Positions 26,301 through 37,918 of a DNA stretch of 64,000 nt are shown in pieces. Source of the DNA: Octopus sinensis (Eukaryota). Position 1 is the stretch's first letter. Each line of letters begins with the position of its first letter. A model generated the notes under the pieces. It worked only from the letters and a program-made list of their open reading frames with translations, did no database searches and had not been told where the DNA came from. The translations under genes were made by a program, and so were the position numbers. The stretch covers positions 27,900,001 through 27,964,000 of the forward strand of contig NC_043016.1 of NCBI RefSeq assembly GCF_006345805.1, read 5' to 3'.

Positions 26301-28182
26301 TACATACATCATCACCATTTAACATGTGAATTCCATATTGGCATGGGTTGGTTGGTAAGCTGGAGGATTGCACTACACTTTACTGATTTGTTGTGGTTTC
26401 TGCCATTTATACTTGTGTAAGGAAGTATTGATCACTCATGGGACTTGTTAGACTCAGCAAGACGTGGGACAAAGTAATGAAGATGGATTTTCTTTTAGGA
26501 TTTTGAACCTCATGGTGGAAATGGCAATCATTGAACTGAAGAGATATGGTACTTGAGCAAACTCTCACATGTCAGCATAATTGACATGTTTGTGTATGTG
26601 CACTATTATTCTGTTGCTGTATTTAAATGCGAACAGAACTCTATTTCATTTATATGATACCAGTTATAGTTTTCCCTACCTGGAATCTTTTGTCATGCTC
26701 AGTATTTTCTCTTCATATGACTGCCTCACCTATCTCTCCTGCACCCTGTCCACACCCTTGTTTTTTTCCTTCTCTCATACTTCCTCTGTCTATTATTACC
26801 ATTCTACTACACCTCACTTTCTTTCTGTACTGTCAGTCATCACCTAATTTCTGCTATCTTCCCCCCCCATCTTGTCTATCATCAGTCATTCCCTCACACT
26901 CTCATGCAATTACCCCCCCACCAATCTCTGCAGTCATTACCTACTCTTCCTTTTCTCTGTTTATCACTGTCCACTCAACTTCTGTTATTCATTACACTAA
27001 CTTAATCCTCACCCATTCCCCATCCTTAAGCATGCTTCATTTTCCCCACACAGTCTTCAGCTGCTACTCAACCACAATCCTTGCTCTTGTTTCCCTCTCT
27101 ATGCATCTTGACTGTGAAGATCTACTCAGTGTATTCATCATAGCCATTACATCTACATTTCCAGGTCCACCTCACTAATCCTCACCCTCAGTTGCAATGT
27201 AGTTCCTCAACAGCAAGAAACCAGTTATGTCCTCTCACACTTTAAATTCTTTGGAAACATGCTGTCTTCCTCTCTACTGCAATCTATTCAGTCAAAGAGC
27301 ATCATAGTCTTGTGAACTACACAATGATCATATTAGTGCTGTTGCCACAAAAATGCACCCAGAGATTATGCATGATTAAACTTTTGAGCATAACACTATC
27401 CTGAGACCTGTGAAAGCTTGTTACACTGTCCAGTGCCAGCATAGAAGATTGGCTACAAAAACCTGTGTGTGTGTGTGTATACATGTGTATATAGGTATGT
27501 TATTTAAGTATGCATATCTAAACATATGCATACAGTTACATTTATATAGTTGTATATCTGTACTTATTTTTCGTTAAATGTATTGACATGTCTATACATG
27601 AATATTCACATGTGCACCTTTGTCTATATGTGTATATTGGCATGGCTTGTGTATATTTTTAATTCTTGCATGTATGTTTGGCAAGAAATTTGATTCCTAC
27701 TGACATGGCACTGGGTTCAACTCTATTGTGTAGAACCTTAAGAGTCTTCTGCTATACCACAGCCTGCTAAAAGCCTTGTAAGTGGATTTGATAGTTGGAA
27801 TGAAACACTCTCAAATGAGAGTGTTTATACATTTATAGAGATCTATATATATATGTCAGGAGATGGATGGATATATATATATATTATATACAATCTGTTC
27901 TGTCAGTTTGTGCCTTCTAGGATCTTGGGCATCCTCCACCGATTGAGCTCAAATTTGATATGTAGATACCAATGGTATCAGGGCATGTATAAGTCTTGAA
28001 AAAATTACAAAAATCGATTCCATGTGAGAATGTAATCAATAAAGCTGTGGGAATGTGCACTTGTACATGCATATACATCAGCTGTTGCGATAATGTGTAT
28101 GCGAGAAAAATGCACGTGTAGTTAGCGCAAAAAGAAAACCCGGCTGGCTTGAAATAATGCCACAAAATGGCAGTATATTTAA

Positions 28183-29517
28183 CCCCTTCGTTACTATATT
28201 TCTGACCAAAATACACCCCTCATGAGTTTCAATTAAATTCTAAAATAATCATGAATTTAGGCTTGTTTCATTAAATAACTGTAACTGTTTTACTTATCAA
28301 CATATTAATGTGATATTTGGAACATAATTAAAGAAAGGGTTCTTAATCAATTCTATTGCATAACTTTTGTCTCAAAGTGACTTTAATTACAGGTAAATTG
28401 AGCAAAAGGTAAAAATATTAAAATTTTGTTTCAACATCACCATAGAAAATGAATCATCAGCTAATATTCAAATGGGTATGCAACAAAATTTTGATAAAGA
28501 AGAATTGTGCACATCACTATATCATTAGTTGAATTTAATGCACAACAGGTGTACCATAAAGGTGGAATAAACTGAAATACTGGAATCCACCGCAAGTTTG
28601 ACCGAACTAAAGAAATCGGTCAAAAAATAATATACGGCCCTGGTTATGGTATGGAAGTGATAAATTCCAGGCCACATCGTTCACTAGGCCATGCTGACTA
28701 ACATTATTTTCCCTGTATAAAAACTAAATCCATAGCAGTACCCAGTATTTGCTTCACAAATTTTCCAAACTTTGATCTCCCATTTTGTGTTTTGTTTACA
28801 TTCTGCATAAATTTGTTTCCGCATTGATCGCTTCAAACAATAACTTCCAGACCACATCGTACCCTAAGCCATGCTGACTAACATTAGTTTCCCTGTATAA
28901 AAACTAAATCCACAATCTGCGTTAATTTGTTTCTGAAGTGATCGCTTCAAACTAGCATACTGAAAAAAATAAGTTTAATGGTTTTGCTTCCTAAGAAAGA
29001 CTATAGATAGACTATCTCCCCAGAAAAATTGCTAATAAAAACATTTTAAAAGTTTTTTTTACTTCATTCCGATGTAAAACCGCCTTTGCTGTCACCATCG
29101 CCACTTTGTTTCTTCGGAATCGCTGCTTTCATTTTCGGATAAAAAAAAATCTATTCATTATTTAGTACACCACGTGTTTTTGTACCTATTTCATTCTTTT
29201 TCTCGATATCTTTCTATTTTCCGTTGAAAAAGCTTTAAATTCGGAATCAATGCTTGATAACATGAAACTCCTATCCATTTTCTAAGTTGAAGAAAAATCG
29301 ATGTGGAAAAAAATCTCCCAAAATTCATTGAGTTGAGATATCACTTCAAGCAATGTCGGATACTATAACTTAACTATTTACAATGTGAAATCACATGTTT
29401 TAACGAATGTACCAATGAGATTTGGGTTCAAATTTACATTTAAATAACAATAGGTTCTCTTGGCCGGGTTGGTATTATGAAGCGAAAAATTTTTCAGCCG
29501 GGTTAGTAACGAAAGGT
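28183..29517 (-). mobile_element. Non-autonomous piggyBac internal-deletion derivative (about 1.3 kb)
   Basis: TTAA on both sides, CCCCTTCGTTAC/GTAACGAAAGG ends, retains transposase fragments homologous to 55636-55850 and to the N-terminus. Confidence 0.92.
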
Positions 29518-29759
29518 TTAAGAGACCAAAAAAGTATGATGCAAAAGAGATTTTCATCAAACTTGGCATGAAGGAAAGAAAGACTATTTGGTTTCTCATG
29601 AAGTTTTTTTTTTTTTGGCCTTAACTTTCGTTTAATAAATCCAAAAATTTTATTGAAATAAAGGCATGCTTAATTATTTTTTAATAAAAAGAAAACACCG
29701 ATTGCTTTTTATTCACCAGATATAATTTGGCAGTGACCATTGGACAGTGGGGAGTTTTG

Positions 29760-31375
29760 CTCATATATATATAGATATTTTGGGAGATGGGTGGATATAG
29801 ATATAGATATGGATATATATATTGATATATAGATAATATATATATATATTGATATATAGATATATATATATATTGATATATAGATATATATATATATTGA
29901 TATATAGATATATATATATATTGATATATAGATATATATATATATTGATATATAGATATATATATATATTGATATATAGATATATATATATATTGATATA
30001 TAGATATATATAGATATATATTGATATATATTGATAGATAGATATATATAGATATATTGATATATTGATATATAGATATATATATATATATTGATTGATA
30101 GATAGATATATATATATATATTGATTGATAGATAGATATATATATATATATATTGATAGATAGATATATATATATATATATATATTGATAGATATATATA
30201 TATATTGATAGGTAGATATATATTGATATATATATAGATATGTCAGGAGATGAATGGATATATATATGTTGGGAGATGGATATATATATATACACACACA
30301 CACATATAGATATGTCGGGAGATGGATATATATATATATACACATATAGATATGTCGGGAGATGGATATATATATACATACATATAAATATGTCGGGAGA
30401 TGGATATATATAGATATGTGAAGAGATGGATGGATATCATCGTTTAACGTCCATTTTCCATGCTAGCATGGGCTATATATATATAGATATGGGAAGAGAT
30501 GGATATATATAGATATAGACTTGTGGGGAGATGGATGGATATATACATATACAGATATGTGGAGAGATGGATGGATATATACAGATATGTGGAGAGATGG
30601 ATGGATATATACAGATATGTGGAGAGATGGATGGATATATACAGATATGTGGAGAGATGGATGGATATGTACAGATATGTGGAGAGATGGATGGATATGT
30701 ACATATACAGATATCTGGAGAGATGGATGGATATATGCATATACAGATATGTGGAGAGATGGATGGATATATACATATATAGACATTTTCCATTATCTCC
30801 TATTTCATCACTGCCGATCACCATTCGACCTGTTGGTACGTTGTCTGACCGCATGAACTTCGTTTTCATGCAGTTCATCTTGAGACCAACTGCAGAGCTT
30901 TTGATGTCGAGCTCCATCAGCATGGTCTGAAGCTGATCCGTGGTTTCAGCGATGAGTACGATGTGAGGGATGTCATCGCAGAGTATACATGCAGCAAGTT
31001 TAGATGGGCTGGACACGTCGCCCGGCTCACCAATAATCGGTGCACAGTTGTCGAGTGGTACCAGTGCAAGCGGAAACTGCTGCCCGTAAGGCCTCCACGA
31101 CAGTGGAGTTACGATTTCAGGAGGGCGGTTGGGATCACGTGGATGAAAAAGGCGTGATCCAAAGAGGAGTGGACAGCATGCTGTGACCAGCGGTGTCAAA
31201 TGGACGCCTGACAGACTGGTCGATCAAGGTGATAGATATATATATATATGTTGGGAGATGGATGGATATATACATATATAGATATGTCGGGAGATGGATG
31301 GATATATATATATATATATATATGTTGGGAGATGGATGGATATATACATATAGATATGTCAGACGGATGAAGATA
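29760..31375. repeat. Compound mini/microsatellite (22-bp ATATATATTGATATATAGATAT units; 30-bp ACAGATATGTGGAGAGATGGATGGATATAT units)
   Basis: Five consecutive 30-bp units at 30551-30700; variant units also near 27853 and 32057. Confidence 0.95.
30780..31232. mobile_element. 5'-inverted RTE-clade LINE insertion
   Basis: 30780-30963 on the minus strand encodes RT (IVLIAET...GLKMN..KTKFM); 30963-31232 on the plus strand encodes the C-terminus (FRWAGHVAR...EWY...RPPRQW). Confidence 0.85.
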
Positions 31376-32517
31376 TATCTCATCGTTTAGTGTCCGCTCT
31401 CCATGCTAGCATGCGTTGGACGATTTGACTGAGGCCTGGCGAACCAGATGGCTGCTCCAGACTCCAGTCTGATTTGGCAGAGTTTCTACAGCTGGATGCC
31501 CTTCCTAATGCCAACCACTCCAAGAATGTAGAGTGTATACTTTGTTTTTATTTATCATTTCTTTATTATATGTAAACCCCCACACTTTATGCCTGTCTCT
31601 CTATTGTCCCCCTCATCTTTCACCCTCGTGGCAAATAAATGAAATCATTATTACTACTACTACGATCATCATCTAATTTAACTATTTTTTAGTTATCCTC
31701 CCTTATTTTTATAGTGGGTAGTCCCATGATGCCTCACCATTAGCAATGCCCATGAACAGAGACATCTATTGTTTTTGTAGAGACGAGATCCTCACTGCTC
31801 CACAAGGAAACTATGGTGAACCACAGTAGTAAAATCCAAGCCAGTAAATTCTCTGACACCTCAATCCAGCTCGATGGATCTAAATACCAAGGGCTAATCC
31901 CTCGGCATATTAAAGGGGTTCAACATAGCAGTCCTGCTGAGTAGTCGTCGAATGGGCTTCCAGTGCTTCGTTCGCAGATGAGTAGGTACCAACAGGGAGA
32001 CCATACACATCCACCAGCTGTCCAAACTCTTCCATCAGAAGAGGAATGAGCAGTCAGTATGTCAGGAGATGGGTGGATATATATGTATAGATATGTCGGG
32101 AGATGGATGGGTATGTATGTAATATAGGTTAGAGTTAACGGTTAAAATAACCTAAGGGTTTGAAATATCCATTACATTACCGGTATATTTAATGATGGAC
32201 ATACATATGTTCATAAGTTATAGGTAAAGACAAGGAATTACCAAAATTAACAGAAAATGGAGAAGTACTGATTAACAACAATTGACTTGAATCAATTATT
32301 ATTTATTAATTCGATGCAAATAGACTGTATCCCATCAAACAGTTGTTTCTGCTTACAATGTTATGTGGTATTGGCATTGATATTCAAAAATATGTAAAAA
32401 TATTAATCATATTTGGTAATAAAAACCATCAGAGTGAAGACTAGAGAAAAAGGGTAAAGTTGAATATTGTTGTAATAATCCCATTTGTCTTTTTGGACCA
32501 TTAAAAAAGACTATAGA

Positions 32518-32584
<67 letters not shown>

Positions 32585-32725
32585 AGAAACTATATGGATA
32601 TATTTATAGATTTATACAGATACTGTATTGATATATATGTACACTATATAGATATACTATATACGTTTATATACTGTGTGTGGAGAGAGATGTATACTGG
32701 GTGGGTGGGTGTGGATATATATATA

Positions 32726-33118
32726 CTAGCAGTATCGCCCGGCGTTGCTCGGGTTTGTTTCGACCCTTTAGAATTGGAATTTTTGAAAAGTAAAAATTTT
32801 GCATTTTGTAGCTTGTTATTCTCTTTAAGTGAACATTTTTCTGGTTGAAATACACCGAAAAATGGTGACACAGCAGTCAAAAAATCGTAAAAAATAGGGG
32901 TTTTCATAGAAAAAAAAAAGCTCCCTTCTGATGTAAATAATTTTTGGTGTTAACATGGTCCGATTTGAATTTTATCTTCTACGGAAGGAAGAGCAAGCCT
33001 CCTTCTATCATACTCTCAATTTTGGTCAACTTGCACCGCAGGCTGTCGGAGGAGATAGTGTTAGTTGAAGGCTACCAAACCTGCCACACACAGACAACTT
33101 CAGCTTTATATATATAGA
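32726..33118 (-). mobile_element. Non-autonomous Helitron (393 bp)
   Basis: Minus strand A|TCTATATATATAAAG ... hairpin CCCGAGCAACGCCGGG ... CTAG|T; A-T insertion site, no TSD. Confidence 0.85.
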
Positions 33119-35659
33119 TATTGAGGATGTTGTCATTTCCCCCCTTGAAACTAAATGATCTACGATCAGACTTCACTACTTCATCCCAAGCCTTGTTTTC
33201 CTCTTCACCAAGAACCATTTGGATTTAGTGATCAGCACTTTTTATGCAGATGTCCTCATCCAGATGCATCACATGACCAATTCTTGTCTCAACATATTTG
33301 CACTTTAACTTCATTTCTTTCTAGTGTTTGTATGGGTTTTGCAATCACAGCTTATGTTTGACTATAATGTAAGCATTTTAGTTTGTACACAAGCATCATA
33401 CAGTCTACTTCTCACTCTGAGAGTGGGTCCTTTTGTTAGTAACAAAGGTAAATGTTCCCTGAACTTTCCCAGCTGCTTTGTATTCTAGCTACTAGATTTT
33501 CAGAGCATATTCCTTCATTGCTAATTAGTTCACCTAGGTAAAATGTCCACTAAGGATCTCCCTGAGTATTCAAGAAAATCTTTCCCGTGTTAGTATTTAT
33601 TGTTTCTGCATATCTGCCACAATGAACTCTCTCATAATCATAAGTGTTTACACATGCACATGATCTTCTGACTAGTTTGTCATTGGACTGTGGTTTTGCT
33701 GGGGCACCCCCTTGAAGGGCTTTGTCACGAAATTTGATTCTAGCTATGTTTTTTAAGTCTATCTCTATTGCTGAACAACTTAAGGGTAAATAATTCTTCA
33801 CTTGAAAACAATAGGTTGTGCATCTGGTTGTAGAAAGTTTTACTCTAATCTGACCCATGTGTGCATGGAAAACACAAATACACACTGGTAAGCATATTAA
33901 TGGCAGGCATGGCTGCTTGTTTAGGAATTTCACTTCCTAATTACATGGTTTTGATTTCAGTCCCACTACCATGTATGATTTTTGTATTTGTGGAGCTCTG
34001 TTTCATATAAACATGTGGCAGCATTGTTGTGCAAACATGAAGGATTGTAGATAACTTGAATGACAGTGTTAGCATCAGGAAAGGTAAAGGTAATCAACCC
34101 ACGAATATGATGTCAGTATTCTTACCTAACCCATGCCATGATGGAAAAAGTGCATGTAAAATGTTTGATGTATGGCATTGAATTCTAAACATGGAGCTCC
34201 TCTTATTTTAATCTCTCTCTATTTTCATTAGACAATTCTTCATTCACATGAATATTTCTCTCCTCAGAGCTAGCCATTGAAAAAGAAATTTGATTAGCTT
34301 ATTACTGAGGTAATAAGCCAAGTTTAGTAATATTTTAGGTGACACTTGATCATTCAACTTCAGATACATTATTTGTAGGACTTGAAAAGGCTTTGATTGC
34401 TTATTGTTGAAGCTATTAGGTGTCTCCAAGATAGCATTTTCAAACTACTTACAAAATTGTTCTGATTGCAAACTTAGATTGCATTCATGTGTAACAATTG
34501 ATACTATCCACAACTTTTAATGCCAGAAAAAGGCATTTATAAAACTGCTGGAGAAATGGGATATAAAACTGAGGTGCAAGCTGCATTGTAAGCTCCCCTT
34601 GTAGGAGTGTAAATCTAAATAGCAACTACTACAGCTTAAAAACCTCCTTAGTCTAGTCACACCTTTTTAATGATAATATTTTCAGTTTACAATGTATACA
34701 TGCAAAAACAAAGCTTGTTTCTCTGCTCTGAGACTTGACTTGAAAAAAGCTTACCATTTTTGTGTGTTTTAATACCTATTTTGTGTCCATAACAGCCTCT
34801 GTTTGATTGCTTTTGATTAAATGCATGATCTAAATATTGGATAAAATACAGTAGGATTGAATTTGGAGTCGCATAGATGCAAAACAATCTTCACATAACT
34901 ATATCTTCTATAAAATTTTCAGTTAATGCTTCTTTTCTTCAACTAGATAGACAGACTCATATAAAAGTTTACTGCAGTTTTGTATTATTACGTAAAATGT
35001 TGAATGTACAAACATAATTAGTTCTAAATCATGGCTATATGCTCTAATGAATTAAAAATTAAAAAAAATTAAAGTTTACTGAGCACTGAAATGAACTTCA
35101 TTTTATATTAACAAAACTTAACACCGAATGCCCATTGTACTTTCTCTATAATATTGAAAGTAGGTACAATCGTTGATGGTATCTGCTAGGCTTGTAGACA
35201 GAGCACTCTGAAGAGACTAAATTCAACCTTTGACATGTACTCTGACTTTATTACAGATTTAGCATATAAAATCTGGTGCCCTTTGTCTTCCCAGTGAGAA
35301 TTTCACACAATGTCCTTACAAATGATTTTTTATTCTTGTGACACTGTCCATTTCCAGTTAATGCTGGTCAATTACATTTTGTGCATGCACATATCCTTGC
35401 ATCTCAAGTATGTGTGACTTTTACCTCATCCAGATGCTAGTTCACTAATTCCTAAAGAATACAATCATCTCTAACATACATAAGCTATCAAAGTTGCTGT
35501 TGACATGGGAAATATTTTCATACTTGACAAATTTTAACCTTATTAATAATAAATCCACAAACATTAGGGAGTTAATTCTAGTTACCTTATGATATTTGAG
35601 CATTATCAAAGCAATTTTTAAAAAATAACTTTTTGTGGAAATTTATTGTAGTACAATAG

Positions 35660-36620
35660 GATATAATGCTTTCATATTTGGAGACAAAAAAATTCCTCTT
35701 TTGCAAGGATTTTTTTTTTTTTCAGTATTGATGATGATGTTTGGTATTGCATCAGATCTGCATATTCTGCAGGTGTTAGTTTGGGGTTCATTAGTTGAAT
35801 TATCGAATTGATTTAGTTTTTATTGAATCTAAAATCAATGTAATTCGTGATGCAACATGGGTCTTTTGTTGAATTTCAGTTCTTTGAGGTTTTTGTAAGC
35901 ATTGCAGATGGTGAAAGCTACTGACTTAGCTTTCCAAGTCAACTCTGTCAACTGCAGATAATTTGAGAAGATTTGAGTGAGGTTAGTCCTGACCTCAGGA
36001 TTTTGCATGGCTTCTTTTGCTCTCTGCACTAAAATACCTTCATCCTCAAAACTCTACAAGGTTTTTGGCATAGTAATTTCAGGCATCCAGCTGCCTACCC
36101 CACCTGTTGCAATTGGCTGAGGTAGAGTATCTTATTGTTTTGAATTGCTCTTGACAGTTTTTTTTACAATAGCAGCCTTGATGGTGGCAATCAGACAATC
36201 TACTGCAGGATAGAAAGCCATTATCTTTAGAGTACAATTGTGCAGCAGGTGGGAGAGGCAGGTTACATGGAAGAGCTTAGGGTAGATGACTTGTAATGCT
36301 TCCCCAGAAGCTGCCATATACTGGGCAACATCAGACATTAATAGAAAATTTTCTTTTGTAACCACCATACTACTTAGTGAATCCTCAATGATTTGAGCGA
36401 TGACTGGCAGTTAAAACTGATCTGAGTGGCAAATATTCTATCAGGAACGTTTTCTGAGGATTTTTAACTGAGCCAATAATTACATTGACAATTTTTTCAT
36501 TGGTCTCACTTTCATCAATTGAAAATACATTTTGATCGTTAAGGCAGCTCTTGCATTTTTCAACCATATTTGCACTAAGTATATAAAATATTATTGGCAC
36601 GTAGATTGAGGTGGCAGTGG
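35660..36620 (-). pseudogene. hAT-like (DUF659/CGGBP1-related) transposase remnant
   Basis: SIDESET, LMSDVAQYM and FHVTCLSHLLHN (CxxH) motifs in successive broken ORFs; no termini recognised. Confidence 0.7.
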
Positions 36621-37771
36621 CATATTGATATAACTAAAGAGACTTTGCAAACTTGGGTTAGTGATCAGCAACATAACAGCAAAAAAAAAAAAAAAATGAT
36701 TCAGTTCAATCAACCTCAGATAAAAATTTACATAAAATAGTTAACAAATGTAAGCAATGCATAATAAATCAAATATGGAGTAACAGCTAGCATACTGTAC
36801 ATTTATGTACAGTGAAAAGAACAGCAAGGGAAAGTACTTTCAATGGTAGTTAAAATTTTGAAATAACAGGTGCAAAGATATAATTGGATGGAAATAAATA
36901 ATTCTATTTCTAAAGAGGCCTGCTTCATGAATCAGAAAAGAAATGTAAATATTCAATATTAGCAGTTGGTATCAATCACCAATAAAAAATTATTGTAAAA
37001 GTACCTTGAAATCAGGAAAGCTGTGCATATGCTAGGCTTCTGTGTTCAAATGACTAGATACGTGGTGTCAATTTTCAACTCTGAAAGGTAGGGCAATCCA
37101 TAAGGAATGTTAAAATTCTGAAGAGGTAGTCTAGTACAAAAAATTAGCAGTATCTAATAAAATTTTTTTTTAATTTTGTTTTGTGAAATTTTTTAAACCT
37201 TATTTTAACGTTAACTTACAAAAATTGATCATAGAATTTTTTTTTTATCTTTGGTTTTAACCTTAGAACATTTGTTTTCATGAATTTTAACTTTTTGGCA
37301 AAAGATTACCTTAGCTAATCAGCTAGGTATACAGCAAAATTGTAATATGAAAATATTGTGCATTGGATTGAATTTATGTGTATAAAAGATGCTATCCCAT
37401 AAAGTTAAAGGAAACTGGAAGTTTATATTTCAGGAAAACTAAAACAATTTTGGACTAACCCTTTTGATACCAACCTGCCTGAAACTGCCCCTAGTTCTGT
37501 GATACAAAGTTCCAGTTTTGAATTGGTTAAATTTAAAATCTACCATTAAAATTTTATATTGATTTATATTCCAAACTTGTTTAATAGTAACAATTATTTT
37601 ACTAGATTCTCCATTTTTTGAAATTACTTGAATTAAGGCAGTGTATATAAAAAAATATGGTAACAAAAGGCTTAAGTAATTGCATAGTACTAACTTTTAT
37701 CAAATAAGTTTTCATATTTTGATTAATTTGTTTTTAGAGACTCAGACATGAATTTCATTTAATTTTCACAG

Positions 37772-37918
37772 GTTTATCAGAAGCAGAATCAACACTCGCT
37801 CCCCAATGATATGAGTAAACAAGGATTTGTGCAGCAGACTCGAGTGGCTGCTGCCTCCGGCGTCAGTTCACAACAAAATATGTTTCCGCCTCAACAAAAT
37901 GTAAGATCTCAAACAAGC
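37772..37918 (+). CDS. EIF4G: eIF4G exon ([49 protein letters not shown]), ATG at 37811
   Basis: ttttcacag acceptor, Q/P-rich open frame, AGC|gtaagt phase-0 donor (alternative phase-0 donor gtaaga at 37901). Confidence 0.8.

Noticed and set aside
26581-27178. 183-aa ORF
   Set aside because: Pyrimidine-rich low-complexity repeat resembling the reverse complement of about 240-600; no splice or homology support.
30551-30700. 30-bp repeats resembling a CRISPR array
   Set aside because: Head-to-tail units with no unique spacers, eukaryotic context, no cas genes.
29681-30930. Long ORFs of 100-230 aa rich in I/Y
   Set aside because: Translations of TA-rich mini/microsatellite; no coding signal.
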